Positions 1-13,930 are shown, counted from the first letter of the stretch. The stretch is DNA of 64,000 bases from Eledone cirrhosa (GCA_964016885.1 OZ024740.1:201624001-201688000), one strand, 5' to 3'. Numbers and translations: made by a program. Notes: a model not told the origin generated them from the sequence alone.

Positions 1-682
1 ATGATGGAAATACTCAAACCCATAAAAGCAGTGGCTGCAGTCTAGTGCCTGAAACCAGTAAAACAATAAAAGAATTGTTGAAAACTTCTTGAAAACAGCC
101 ATTGAAATTTGCATGTTTAATTCATCATCATCGTTTAACATCCATTTTACATGCTAGCATGGGTAGGACGGGCTGTCCTTTTGTGAGAGATCAGAACAGA
201 GGACTGTGTTTCGTTCACACAGGAATGATTTTGGCTTGGTTTCTAAGGCTGGGTGCTTTTTGTCTTGACACATACATGACCACTTTATAGTGAGGGCTGG
301 ACACTTTTGTTGTGGCTCCAGAGAGACCACTTGATTACAAGAATTATGTAAATGTATTGCCAGCATGTAATTAAGGCAACAAATTAGCAGTCATTAGAGT
401 GTTAGATTAAATGACTTGATATTTGTTCCAGCCCTCTGCAGTCTGAGTCCAAATCCCATCAACGACAACTTTGCTTTACCTCCTTTTTGAGGGTCAATAA
501 ATACAGGCCTACTGTTGGAAGTATTTGGCCTAAGAACATGTGATCATAAATATTCTCAAATACCAATAGAAGGCAGTTCATGGTGGTTGATACTCTGATG
601 TAAGTGGAAATAAGGAGTAGAAAATAATCAAAAGACTTCAATGGGAAAGATGCCAAATATAAAACAGACCAGATATAGTTAA

Positions 683-1075
683 CCCTTTACCATTTACATT
701 ACTCTATATTTACTATTGTATTTTCAAGGCAAACATAATACTGAATCTATGAGATTTTGATATTTATTTTGACAACAATACCTTAACATAAGTATGGGCA
801 ACCATTTTAAACAGAAAGAGGTGAGAGAATTCTACCCGGATACGGCCAGTTTAACCCTTTAGCATTTGCATTATTCTGTATATACTGCTGTATTTTCACA
901 GTAAAAGCTTTACCTCACATACTTATCTCACATAATATCGAATCTATGAGATTTTGATATTATCTATTTTGAGAACGATACCTTAACGTTGGTATGAGTG
1001 GCCAGTTACAGCAGGTTTGAACAGAAAGAGGTGAGAGAATTCTGGCCAGAGACGGACGGTTTAAATGCTAAAGGG
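683..1075 (+). mobile_element. Two tandem copies of piggyBac-like MITE family A (683-850 truncated; 855-1075 near full)
   Basis: TTAA|CCCTTTA(G/C)CATTT starts at 683 and 855; AAATGCTAAAGGG ends at 1075; internal sequence matches 6607-6832. Confidence 0.75.
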
Positions 1076-1736
1076 TAAGATCCATCTAGAAATGTCATCA
1101 GTTAATCTCTTAGCATGGAAGTAAAAGCATAAATAACATAAAATCTAATAAACCACATAACCAGGTTAATTATAATGAAAGTAAATGTCTAAATGAATTT
1201 TTTTAATACAATAATTATTTTATTAAATATTTCTCATAATTTCCTTTGCCCTCACCATACAGAGAAAATATAGAAGCAATAAAATTAATCAAATAACTTT
1301 AATTTAAGCAACCTTTGCAAGAATTCAATAATGGCAATAGTGGTTATAGCAACAGCTGATTAGTACTTTAGAGATAATGAAAGAAAACAAGCTCGTTATC
1401 TTGTCCTTTAACTAATTACTATGTCTACTATGTATGAAGCTCCATAACAAGACATTCAAGTAGATATCAGTTATTTTCTTACTAATGATGTCCCACAATT
1501 ATTCTGTTTAATACTGATGTCCTAAATAGGTTTAAACTAGCTATACTCTGGTTCCTATCACATTATCTTGACATTCAGTTCAAATATTTTTTTATGGAGA
1601 ATATATATATATTAGTGAATTTGGTTTTTCTCTCTGTCACTGCTAGAACCAGAGGATGGCGATGGTCATCTAAAACACAGTATAATGAGGTTGTTTGCTT
1701 GAAAAAAAATCAAATATTATTATTATTCAATATAAA

Positions 1737-1930
1737 CGGTGGATTGGCAGTATTGGTAGAGTGTCGGATGCCATGCTTTGGCGCATAGAGTTACGGCCCT
1801 TGCCATTCTGAGTTCAAATCCCACCGAGGTTAACTTTGCCTTTCATCCTTACGGGGTCGATAAAATAAAGTACCAGTAATACACTGGGTAATTGCTGGCC
1901 TTGTGCCTAACGTAGAAACAATTATTATTC
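1737..1930 (+). mobile_element. tRNA-derived SINE (family with GCCTTTCATCCTTACGGGGTCGATAAAATAAAGTACCAG central domain, Meta-domain-like)
   Basis: A-box-like TGGCAGTATTGGTAGAG, B-box GAGTTCAAATCC, central motif shared by >10 copies in the window, (ATT)n tail. Confidence 0.8.
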
Positions 1931-2249
1931 AACATAAAATTCACGAAGGCATATTATGGTTATGCCAAAATAAAATGTACTCAGTACACACTGTAGTATG
2001 GTTGGGGTTAGGTATGTCATCCAACGTGGTTCTCCAACCTGTCAACTCTCAAACAATGACAACCTGTTCAACCCATGACAAATGGAAAGCAGTCATAAAA
2101 TGATGGTGAGGATGATGATTGAATTTAATATGTATGGATAATTGTTGGGTAAAAAAGTGCCACAACTTTCAAATGTAAAGTAGATTTGGCAGAAGTAGTC
2201 TGAGAAAGACATAGGTAGAGCTGGTGAAACAGATCTCAGGGTGCTGAAC

Positions 2250-2770
2250 TCTACAAAGGAGATGACAAAGAAATATGGCACATGATGGCATGCTGTGCTG
2301 GTGAGGGCTCATGCAACCATAGAGAAGCAGACATCATATATCATATATATATATATATATATATATGACGGCTGAAGAGAAATGAAGCAAGTATGCTCCG
2401 TTGGATGTGCAATGTCAATGGGCATGAACGACCAAGCATAGATGAGTTGAGAAAGAAACTGGGTATAAAATGGATAAGTTGTGGTGTGCAAGAGAGAAGG
2501 CTGAGATGGTATGGACATGTGATGCGCATGGAGGATGACCGCTGGGTGAAGAAGTGCCAGGAAGTCCCAGTGGAGGGAAGACACAGTAGAGGTAGTCCAC
2601 GAAAAACATGGGCAGAGGTGGTGAGAGCAGATCTCAGATCGCTGAAACTCACCGAGGAGATGACGAGGGACCGTGACAAGTGGAGAGATGATGTGCTGAA
2701 TAGGACCCGTCTAACCCTTGCAAGCAGGGAAAAGCGGACGTAAAATGATGATGATGATGATGATGATGAT
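2250..2770 (+). mobile_element. RTE-clade LINE 3' fragment, interrupted by (TA)n
   Basis: ORF 2393-2743 MLRWMC...RRLRWYGHVMRM...SRGSPRKTWAEVV, typical RTE C-terminus; (GAT)n tail at 2745-2770. Confidence 0.9.
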
Positions 2771-3150
2771 ATATCACCATTATCATCATCACCGTATTTT
2801 GAACATCAGCTTTCTTGGCTAGCAAGGTTTGGATGGATCTACATAGACTAACTCAGTACTGAAGCGAGTCTACTAATCTCCTAGACAGGCCAGGGAACTG
2901 TCTCACTTGTGTATGGTCTCACATTCTACCAAATGCACAGGAGAGGTTATCATGTCATTGACCTAACTGAGAGTCCTCCAAACCCTTTGTTTCACAAGCT
3001 TTCTATGCTTAGATTCTTATCACCAGCCCCCATATAGCATGTACTGAGTGCATTTATCATGCATATCACCAACACTAGGGAGGCTATCATGTCCTTGATT
3101 GAACAAGAAGTCCCCCACCCACTTTCATAGTGTATGTGTGTGTGTGTATG

Positions 3151-3152
<2 letters not shown>

Positions 3153-3226
<74 letters not shown>

Positions 3227-3228
3227 CA
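3153..3228. repeat. (TA)n microsatellite
   Basis: Direct observation. Confidence 0.95.
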
Positions 3229-3412
3229 TACACTGTAAATGTGGTTGGTGTTAGGAAGGGCATTCAGCTGTAAAAAACCTGCCAGAGACGCTTCCGTGCG
3301 AGCGAAGCATTCCGTGCGAGTGAAGCATGGTCTTCCGACCATTCCTACATCAAATGGAATAAAACCATCTAACCCATGCTAGCGTGGAAGATGGACGTTA
3401 AACGATGATGAT
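3229..3412 (+). mobile_element. RTE-type 3' UTR/tail fragment
   Basis: GGTGTTAGGAAGGGCATTCAGCTGTA motif, AACCCATGCTAGC...GGACGTTAAACGATGATGAT tail shared with many copies. Confidence 0.75.
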
Positions 3413-3626
3413 ATATATATATATATTGGAAAATGTGTGAAATCCTTAGTAGTTAGGTATATTTAAAAAAAAGGAACTAAAGTTCTCCAGGGAGGTTAAC
3501 CAGGAATCTTTAAAAATCTTCGCACCTAGGTTAATAAAGAGCTTACTAGATCTACCAAATCATAATATTATAAAATTAAATCAAATTGTTTAGAACTACA
3601 AGTGAAGTCATTCTTTTCCTTTTTTT

Positions 3627-3669
<43 letters not shown>

Positions 3670-4084
3670 CAACCCATGGGAGCATGGAAAATCAGAAATA
3701 AAAGGATGATGATGATACATAAATGTATGTGTGTATCATCACCAGCAGAGAGTGTGTGTGTGTGTGCACGTGTGTGCAAAATATTGAAATCTATGGAAAC
3801 AATAGACAAGTGTGATTATATAAATTCTCATGTGATTATTATCATTAATCAGGAGTTAATTATCAGAAACACTGAGGGTAAATCAGTGAGAGAGATATGA
3901 TAGAATAATACTATAACTAATGAGATAGTAAACAAACATTAACTACAAATGTTAACTAAATTAAATACAGGATTAAACTAATGTTTGAGCAACAAATTGG
4001 CAGATTTGATAAGGTATCAGATAGAAGGATGTGCTGTAATTATTGTGGTTCTCTACTCTAAGAATTTAAATCCCACTGAGACCA

Positions 4085-4465
4085 AATCTGCATCAAACTG
4101 CAGCTCTTCAACAGCATTATAATCACAACTGCCATATATGCTGGTGAAACCTGGAAAATAATTCCCATATTTCTAAAGAAGCTCAACATTTTCCAACAAA
4201 GATGCCATGAAATAATATGGAAAATCACTTATCGAAACTGGATTACTAATGTAGAGGTGCTGTAGAGATTACTAATGTAGAGGTAAACAGAGGCTACTGA
4301 CTGACACCATCATTGAAAGGCACCTGAAACTGGCTGGACACATTCTGCACATGTCTGAGTACTGGAACCCCTCTGTGGCAATGAGATGGATCCCAGTCGG
4401 TTGTTAAGTGGAAAAAAAGGAGACCCAAGAAAACTTGGGGCTCAAAGAAGATCTAAAGAAGCAGT
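4085..4465 (+). mobile_element. Decayed RTE-like LINE fragment (post-RT region)
   Basis: Translates, with breaks, to KLQLFNSII..AIYAGETW..KLNIFQQRC..WITNVEVL..HLKLAGHILHM..RPKKTW. Confidence 0.75.
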
Positions 4466-4519
4466 TTTTCTATAGGATGATGTCCTTCCTAATATCAATA
4501 TATATATATATAAGGTAAT

Positions 4520-4850
4520 GGGTAAAGACCTCCTCCTTTGGTCATGAATGATCAAGGGATTTGCACCTAGAAAGTTCTCCAAGGCACAATTCTAGGCAAG
4601 CTTCTTTGTGGAAGACCAGTAGTCACTCATGCATACCTGTCTCCCTTCTCCATCCCATAAATATGGTCCAATGGAAAGGCAATGGCTGATACAGCTTTGC
4701 ACCAGTGATGATGCGACTCACTTCTACAGCTGAGTGAACTGGAGCAACATGACAAAATAAAGTGTTTTGCTCAAGGACACAATGCCCCACCCGTTCCAAA
4801 AATCAAACTCACAACCTCACGATTACAACTCCAATGTTCTAACCACTAAT
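4520..4850 (-). mobile_element. tRNA/CORE-type SINE
   Basis: Reverse complement has TGGTTAGA A-box, GAGTTTGATT B-box and TGTGTCCTTGAGCAAAACACTT core; paralog near 52005-52310. Confidence 0.65.
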
Positions 4851-6267
4851 TATTAAAGCCATTTACTACATTGCAGCTATACCAGGAATGTACATTTCAT
4901 TGGCCTAGAGGACCAATGTTTTCCACTTATGCCTGAGGAAATGTGGCTCCGCTGTAGTAATTGGCCACCTAAATATTTATATAAAAATTCACCATACGGA
5001 CTCGAGTCACTCTCTACCTTGGATATTTCTATTAAGTTATTACCACTATATATATATATAATTTTAAGTGCTGGCCTTTGTTGACCCAGATATTACATAT
5101 GCAAAGCATAAGAAGAATCTATCACATGCTTTAAACAGTGATGATATGAAGATGCACACAAAATCTCACACACACACACAGACAGAGAGACAGACAGAGG
5201 TATATCTCAAAGTTTCTGTCTGAAGAAAATCTGAGCCGAAGTGATGAGAGCTGATCTCAAAATGCTGAACATCACAAAGAATATAGTGAACTAACACAAC
5301 AAAAGGTGGGAAACTGTGCTAGAGAACACCTGTCTAACCCATGGAAGTATGTAAAAACCAATGTATGATGATGATGATGATGATGATAGTGATTTTATCC
5401 AATGTTCTATTATCATCATTTAACATCTATTTTCCACGTTTACATAGGTTAGCCTCATGTTCTGAGGCTAGGGGTTTCAGGGGACCACATGCTGCTCATA
5501 TGTACTGGGTTTGGTTTCTACTGCTGGATATGCTTCCCAACATCAAACGCTGTATACCATGTACCAGGAACATTTTGTGACTCTAGCACAAAGTGGACTG
5601 AGTGTTTTTTGTTTTTGTTTATTTTATTTCCGTGACACCAGCACCTGAAGTTTGTCATGGTGCCATCAGTTCAACCTTTTAAGGTGGACTGGGTATATTG
5701 GTATACCAGTTCACCACCTATAGTGAATCAAGATGAAATACTAACATACCATGGTTGCTTACCAGCATCTCTATTGAATTTTGAATATATATATTTTTCT
5801 GTCAACTACTATAACATATAGAAATGTTCAAATTGGAACTAATTGATTGGCTAATAGATGCACAACAGGTGGAAATAGCAAATATAGAAACAAACAAATA
5901 AATACATAAAATTGTAAACAAATAATTTTAAAAAAAACAATCTACTCTAGCTAAAGATAAACATAAACTAGCAAAAAGCAATCGATGCTCACCTAAAATA
6001 ATGTCTAAATTTGATATGTGCAGTAGATTGTCAATAGAATATTCAGTATTAAAATTACTGATAGAAATATCTCCAGATTTATGGATTTTGTAGGAAGTTG
6101 TGAAATTTGATACATGGAATCTTGCAGAAGTTTTATTTTATTTATTTTTGTGTGCATTTGTATATACATGCGTGTATCATCATTTACTGTGAGATAAGAC
6201 GGATCAAAGAAACCTCAACTTGTTAATATTTGGCAAGATTTCTACATTTGGATGCCCTTCATCATCA

Positions 6268-6450
6268 AAATCATCATTTTACGTCTGCTTTTCCCTGCTT
6301 GCAAGGGTGGGATGGGTCCTATTCAGCACAGCATCTCTCCATTTGTCATGGTCCTTCGTCATCTCCTCTGTGAGCTTCAGAATCTGAGGTCCGCTCTCAC
6401 CACCTCCGCCCATGTTTTTCGTGGTCTTCCTCTACTGTGTCTTCCTTCTA
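6268..6450 (-). mobile_element. RTE LINE 3' fragment
   Basis: IEGRHSRGRPRKTWAEVVRADLRF on the minus strand; close to 2570-2745. Confidence 0.85.
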
Positions 6451-6606
6451 TGCTAATTACATCACAGAGGTATTGGGTGCATTTACATCCAGTACACTGT
6501 TTTAAATATATATATATATGTATGTGTGTATGTGTGTGTGTTTGTGTAAATATATGTGTATAATGTTTTTTCTCCATGGATGCCTTCATGTTAACACTGC
6601 TATTAA

Positions 6607-6832
6607 CCCTTTAGCATTTCGATTACTCTATATATCATCATCATATACTATTGTATTTTCACAGTAAAGGCTTTATCTCGCATAATAACTCACATAATAT
6701 CAAATCTATGAGATTTTGATATTTATTTTGAGAACAATACCTTAACATCAGTATGAGTAGCAAGTTACGGCCAGCTTGAACAGAAAGAGGAGATAATTCT
6801 GGCTAGATACAGCCAGTTTAATTGCTAAAGGG
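6607..6832 (+). mobile_element. piggyBac-like MITE family A, complete
   Basis: TTAA (6603-6606) CCCTTTAGCA...TGCTAAAGGG TTAA (6833-6836): TIRs plus TTAA TSD. Confidence 0.85.
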
Positions 6833-7794
6833 TTAAATTATATCCCACATATTAGCTTGTCAAATTTAGTGGGTGAAATATCAATTATTGTGTTAGTATT
6901 ACCAGATTTTAGTATATATCTTAACCACTGTATCAAGCACCATTGCTAGAAAGGCAGATAAATTGCTAGGAAATTATGAAGATGTCATCATCAGAGATTC
7001 TTTTCTAATATTCCTTATCAACAACATTAACATGATAGTTGTGTGTATGTGTGTAGTGCTGGTGTAACAGTGAAATGCATCCTAAATTGGCTGATGTTAG
7101 CAAGGACATCCAGCCATAGAAACGATCCCAAATTTAACATGATTTGAGACTGTATGAAGATTAAAACAATAACTACATGGTAGAGTCATTTTAGCCATTT
7201 AAAAACTCACAAAAACTTAACTTTACTTTAGTTATATTTCTTACTTGGTGTCAGAATTTTTGCCACACTAAGAAATAAATAGTGTGTACATATATATGCA
7301 CATGCCCACCCTTACTCCACTGTGCATCCCCACCTCTACTTTATGATCACCCCACTCTCCCTAAGTCCTGACACCCACACTATCCAGGGTCACAACCCAA
7401 CATCTCACTACTTTGTATACCTAGCGCAAACACATCAGTCATGACCATAGTAGCAATTATCACAGTAACTCACCATCCTTCACCCTGTCAAATCCTTTCA
7501 CCTTTGGCACATGCCCATGACATATGCTCCAACCTCAACCCTGTCAGTACAGTAAAGGCTCTTCCATTGAATTAATGAGCTAATGAGCAACCTAGTGCCA
7601 GTGCCACAAAATGCACTCAGTACAATCTGTAAGGTAGCTGGCCATAGGAAAGACAACCTGCTGTGGAAACCAAGCCTAAAGTGGCTGGAAATAGGAAGGG
7701 TATCCACCAATAGAAAACCTGTGAGATACAAGTTTTTCTGAGTTCTTTTGGGTAGGTAGCAGAGCCAATCCACTTCTGATTAACATTGTTCTTT

Positions 7795-9000
7795 AGGTTA
7801 TAACAGAGGAATTTAAGACTGGGTGTCCATGAGACCTCTTATATGTTGATGATCTAGACCACAGGTTCTCAACCCATTTAGGCCAAAATCGAAATCACGA
7901 AACGCCCCCCCCCCTATTTTTTTTTCATTTTTCAATATACTACTGATTTTTATATCAGTAGATTACTAAAAAATTGATTAATAATATTCCAAAGATGTGT
8001 GTATTATCTGATTATGTGTTGTATGTGGGTCCTAGATGTGTGTTCTACTCACTTCTGTTTCTCTTTTCTTTTTTTTTATTTGTAATATTATTTATACAAT
8101 AGGGAATAAAATAGATCTACATAGTGTTAACTCGTTGCGGCTGAGTCAATAATTTCACACATGAAATACATTGTTATCGGTGAAGGAAAGATAAGATTCT
8201 AACTGGCTGCGCTCAAAGTGTCTTTGACCCAGTTGACTGTGGGTTTTTCCATTTTTAGGATCTCAATTGCCAGTTAACGTCTCAATTACCGGACATGCCT
8301 GCACACCTGCTCACAGACTATAGTTATGCTGTCTGCAAGCTCATTCAAATGCATTCACATTGGCTGTCTCAAAGACATACAAATGTGGCTTATAAAATTT
8401 ACCAAAATAAAGAGCCTTCAAGTTCAAATAAACTTAGCAAAAACTAAAGTCTGAATAAGTAGGAAAGAAGACAGGACTCTAATACCGTCAAGCAAGTGGC
8501 TTTGTTTGTTATGTCAAAAAGGGGAGGCCAGAAATTCTATGTGTACACAGTATAATCTATGGATGCACAAGAGGTGTAGTAGGATTACAGGCAAGATAAC
8601 AGTGAATATAGATATTGTATGTAGTGACTGTAAAGGAGTAATAAGCACTAAGATAACATGTGAAATAGATTCTCTTAATTGTCCAGGAGGCTCCCTAGAA
8701 CTTACTGACAGCTTTTGTTACCCAGGTGACCAAACCAACAGTATGGGGAGGATCTTTTGAAAGCGTAGTCGCTAGTGTAAGAAGATGCAGCTGACAACAA
8801 AGTGCTTCTCCCTCAGAGTAAAGGGTAGACTGCATAATGCCTGAATGTGAACTGCAAAGTTATGTGGCAGTGAGACATGGGTCTTCACTGCTAGACAGAA
8901 ATGAAATAACAATGCTCTGAATTTCTGTGTTCATGAACTATGTAGTATAAGTGAACCGAGAGAAAAGAGAGAAGACTGTATTGGTATGGACATGTGATGT
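7795..9000 (+). pseudogene. Decayed RTE LINE RT region (YADD-like motif onward), split by a hAT element
   Basis: EEFKTGCP.DLLYVDDL at 7807-7857; resumes near 8419 as ..NLAKTKV..KWLC..NS.C..WMHKRCS..SLELTDSFCY.GD..LRVKGRL..ETW. Confidence 0.8.
7860..8418 (+). mobile_element. Non-autonomous hAT (Charlie-like) element, one end lost
   Basis: Begins CACAGGTTCTCAAC right after ATCTAGAC (NTCTAGAN-type target); near-identical to 51061-51650. Confidence 0.85.
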
Positions 9001-10639
9001 ATGGAAGATATTATTACAATAAAACACACTCAGTACACTCTGTAAAATGATTGGTGTAAGGAATAGCTTTCAGCCATAGAAACCATGCCAAAAAGGATTG
9101 GGAGGGCCCTTTAATTAGGTCCAATAACCTCTAATGCTGATGTCACAAAAGGTTCACATAGTGTACCCTAAATATCGGTTGGTGATAGGAAAGTTATCCA
9201 ACTTTAGAAACGAAGCCCCAAAACTGGGTTGAATGGACTCTTCAGTTATGCCAAAGAATGGCAAACTCCCTACTATGCATTTTACATTGAGTCAAGCCTT
9301 CTTATAACCAATTTTGGAAGATGAGTAGGGACTACATTTTACACCTGGCTTGGGCCTATTACCTACTTTACACAGGTCTGGCAATATGGTACAGTCAAGT
9401 GTAGATTGTAAATATAACAGTCCATCAGAATAATGAGAGGATAAATAAACAACTATTGTGAGGAAGAGTACAAGTAAATAGAGTGGACAATGATTACTGA
9501 TTTATACTAAAACATTACTTATCACAGTTACATTTACTACTCTGACACCCCAACCTCCCCAAAAATACATGAAAGAAATGAGGAAAAAAAAAGCAAGCTA
9601 GCCAGGAAAGTGAATATAACATTCTCACTACCAAAACTGCACCTCTCATATGATAGAATATGAAGTTTGAATGAAAACTTGTTGAACTGCTTCCAGTTAT
9701 TCCTATAACATAAGTCTGTACAACAACAAATACAACACTCCCATTACCATCACAACAACAACAAATACAACACTCCCATCACCATCACAACATCCTCCCC
9801 ACTATATGATATAACCAATAGGACTTGACTTAAATTTGATGAAGAGAATGAACTAAATGGTTCATAATTTTATATACAAACAATTTGTTATGTTACAAAT
9901 ACCATCATAATAAAATTATAATTTCTGAAAATCCTTCTAAGAAATCCTCAATTATTTAATATAGAAATTATTTCAATTGAAATACTGTAATGAAAGGTTT
10001 AAAGACTGTAGTGCAAGATGTGAGGGAGATTTGGTATTTCTAGTAATTCAAGCAACTACATAGATGATCACTCTACAACATAAATAAAATATCTGTAGTT
10101 AACTGTAGGAATGAAGTAGATAAACAGGCCAGGCAATTGTATATGTTAATTATGGTAAAATAAAAATACACATTAACAGAATGAGTGGACAATGAAAAAT
10201 GTAGTCTTGTGTTGTTTTTACCTGTTTTATTGCTCTCCGCCATCACACCACCACCACCATCACACTACCACCACCAATATATGAGAAACAGGTCTGACTA
10301 GGATAGTTTGGCACCAAAACTTTCACCCTCTTATATTTATCTATATAAATATTTATGCTGAAATGGTTTTGTTATAGCTCAGACCTAAGTAGGTTTAGCT
10401 GGCTGTCCGCAACTCATAAGTTCTATGATGACTCACATCTATATAAGTGTAGCTAATGTTGCATCTTGTAAGGTATTTCTTGGGTGTTTTAATGATAGAA
10501 GACCCAATCCTACATAGGTTTAGTGGGTCATCTATGATGTTGCAATTCAAAAGACCTTTCTTTGGTGTTTTAATGAACAGGTCCCAATCCTATCATGTTA
10601 TTCATTCATATCTCATTCATATCTTGTCGCGCCAGTGCC

Positions 10640-10950
10640 GTATCCATTGAAGTGCAGAGTCGTTTGCTTCCATAGTATGCTCCAATGAATATGTAACATT
10701 GGTGTGCATAAGCAACATAGCATAAGTGAGCTGAGAGAAAAACTTGGCCTAAGAGGAATTGGATGTAGTGTGCAAGAGAGAATATTACATTAATGAATTG
10801 CATAGAAATGTCAGAAACGATGGAAGAGGCAGACCTAGGAAGACTTGGGATGAAGAAGTGAAGACTAGCCTTAAGAAGCTGAACCTCACAATTCAGAAGA
10901 CAAAGGACCATGAGAATTGATGACATGCTGTACTAGAGAAGACCTGATCC
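10640..10950 (+). mobile_element. Decayed RTE LINE 3' fragment
   Basis: SMLQ.ICNI..ELREKLG..GRGRPRKTWDE..LKKLNL. Confidence 0.7.
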
Positions 10951-11119
10951 ATCCCCCTTCCATTAGCAGTTCGATTCTCAGGCTTTGTGTTGTGTTCTTA
11001 AGCAAGACACGTTGCTTCAGTTAACTCAGCAGTAGAAATGAATTGCGGTGTCACTGGTGCCAAGCTGTATCAATCTTTGCTTTTTCCTTGGACAACATTG
11101 GTGGCAGAGAGAAACTGGT

Positions 11120-11650
11120 ATGCTGGTCTTCCACAAACAACCTTGGGAGGGGGTAAATTGGTCCAGTACTTAACTGGAACTTTATTTTATTGATCCTTTC
11201 CCCTTTCCCCACTCTGGACAGGGGAAAGGCAAAGTTGACCTTAGTAGAAATTTGAAACCAGAACTTTGAGAGACTGAAGAAATACTGCAAAATATTTCTT
11301 CCAATGATTCTACTAATCCACAACAATAATAATGGTTTCTAATTTAGGGACAAGACCAGCAATTTGGTGGGAAGGGAAATTTAATTGAATCAACCCCAGT
11401 ACATGACTGGTACTTTATTTTATCGACCCCGTAAGGATGAAAGGCAAAGCTAACCTCGGTGGGATTTGAACTCAGAATGTAAAGGGTTGTAATTCTGTGC
11501 TGTGTTCGATGCTCTACCAAGTTTGCCAATCCACATTAATAACAATGGTTTCTAATTTAGGCACAAGACCAGCAATTTTGTTGTTGTTGCGGAGATAGGG
11601 GAGGAGTTAGCTTCCAGTACATGACTGGTACTTTATTTTAATGGTCTCGG
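11120..11650 (-). mobile_element. Cluster of Meta-like tRNA SINE copies
   Basis: CTGGTACTTTATTTTATCGACCCCGTAAGGATGAAAGGCAAAG...GGATTTGAACTC (reverse complement of the 1737 family), repeated. Confidence 0.75.
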
Positions 11651-12259
11651 GTGGATAAAAGGCAGAACAGATAGAAGGGTAGTTGTTTTAGCAAGACCAG
11701 AATAAAGGGTGGATGGTAGAGTGGAGTTATAACAAGTGGTGGTGTTGGTGGTTATCAACAATAGTAAGTATTGATATTGATAGTAACTGGTGTTGGCAAA
11801 ATAATTGTTGGTGGTAGTGGTGGTGGTGGTGGTGGTGCTGTAGCAATAATAATAATGAAGATTATATTGATAGCAATGTGAGAGAGAGGGGGGGGGAGCG
11901 TGCCAATGAATATATGCATGTGTGTGTGTATGTCGTACTGGTATTTCTCGCAACACTATATATGTTGATTAATGTTTCTGGTGGAGTGAAATATATTGCT
12001 GATTGTGTTTTTAGTAATGAAGCTGGTGTTAATTATCTCCAACAAATCAATCAATCAGTGTTACCAACTGATAAACAGAGAAAGAAATACCAACAGCTAA
12101 TCAATCAATGATCCCTCACAGATCAATACAATCTAAAGTTCAGTAACCAAACAGCTTCAATGTTATTTCTAATAGCACAACTCATGACTCAGCCACTAAC
12201 CACTTTTCATCTGCAGCTTGCTGTCTCTGAACCACTTAACATACTTGCTGGAATTGAGA

Positions 12260-12420
12260 CAAAGATGGCCATCTGCAGGAACAAACCCTGTGAGTTAGAC
12301 TGACAGCCATCTCCAGTGACAAACAATGTGACTTAGACTAACAGCCATCTCCAGGAACAAACCCTGTAAGTTAGACTAAAGATGGCCATCTGCAGGAACA
12401 AACCCTGTGAGTTAGACTAA
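12260..12420. repeat. About 40-bp minisatellite, 4 diverged units
   Basis: GCCATCT(G/C)CAGGAACAAACCCTGTGAGTTAGACT repeated. Confidence 0.8.
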
Positions 12421-12513
12421 AACTTTCAGCAACTAGTGAAGCTAGTATCAGCCCCAGGATGTGTTGCATGACAAGCTGAAGATCACAAGCTGTCAAAGTA
12501 CCAGCTGCTCTCC

Positions 12514-12765
12514 AATCATCATCATCATCATCATCCAGTTTTTGATTATGCAGGACACAATTAATCACTTAGTAGGGAAAGGCCCTGCCTGGTAGCGCTC
12601 CTTAGCATGCCGCTCAATGTGTTTCTGTCCACAGATCTCACTTGGGCTGAGCCAAGCCTAGCTTGATCCCAGTGGACATCCTCCATCCAAGTCCTTTTTG
12701 GTCTTCCTGGGCCTCTACTGCCTTCTGGATTGGCATTCATCACTTTGCTGAGGGGTTTATTATTG
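12514..12765 (-). mobile_element. RTE-like LINE 3' end (different subfamily)
   Basis: KPLSKVMNANPEGSRGPGRPKRTWMEDV; (GAT)n tail at 12514-12535. Confidence 0.75.
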
Positions 12766-13263
12766 AACCTACAGCAGTGGAAACATCTGACATCATGGGT
12801 CACCAAGCCATCTCCCTACTTACTGCAATGAAGGCAGAGATGGCCATCCATAAGAAAGAACCCTACAAATTAGACATCTCCGTCGCTATCCTCCAAGGTA
12901 ACACATTCGCAATTCTGTATGCTGAGACTATGAGACGTATGTGTGATGATTTGCAAAAGGACACGGGATGGTAGTGTTACCAATTAACCCTTTAAACACC
13001 AATCCAGCTGAAATCTTTGTTAATAAATTTTCCATTTTCAATTCAAACTTCATCACTGTTACATAGCGGATGACATTAGATTTTTATCATTAAACATTTG
13101 TCTTATATTATTAAGTTGAAAGTTATATTTCACTAAACCTAAAACATGACATTCTACCGGGGCTGCCAATCCACTGCCCTTCAATGAAATATAATCTCCG
13201 CTCTATCTGATGCATTGAGCACATTACTGTGGCTCCTTTCTGTTCTTTAATGGAACACCATTC

Positions 13264-13299
<36 letters not shown>

Positions 13300-13787
13300 A
13301 CACATATATAATGCACCCAGTGGTATTGTGGGTGTCATGATGAGTGGTATTGTGGGTATCATGATGAAGTGCACCCATTGAACCTTGTAAAGTGAAAATG
13401 TTGATGTGATGATAAAAGCACTCAATACTCCCTTTAAAGTAGTTGGCATTAGAAAGGGCACTCAACCAGAGAAACCATGCCAAAATATAGAACCTATGAG
13501 CAACACGTGATTCCCCAACCAGTCTCATCTCATATCATGACAACCTGCCTAACCCTCCCCCATCATGGGAAGCAGATGTAAAATTATATATAGGCACACA
13601 CACACATTTCAACAAGCTCATGTTTGACAAATTGAGATAAGTGGTTATATGCCCCAGTCTGCTTAGTGCTAGAGTATCAGGTTTGAAACTTTAATATATT
13701 GGCTAGAAGCCACAAGTTGTAACTCTACATAGGATAAAGTAGAAACATCTCATCAAATGAGAAGAACTTATTAATGCCATTTTTGCT

Positions 13788-13930
13788 GTCATCATCATCA
13801 CCACCACAATCATCACCACTACCACCACCACCACAAACATCACCACTACCACCACCACAATCATCACCACTACCACCACCACAATCATCACCACTACCAC
13901 CACAACAATCATCACCACTACCACCACCAT
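13788..13930. repeat. (CCA/TCA) trinucleotide-based 24-bp tandem repeat
   Basis: CAATCATCACCACTACCACCACCA units. Confidence 0.9.

Noticed and set aside
9642-9716. Possible minus-strand coding exon
   Set aside because: Weak donor (GTGCAG) and no recognisable protein motif; not distinguishable from chance.
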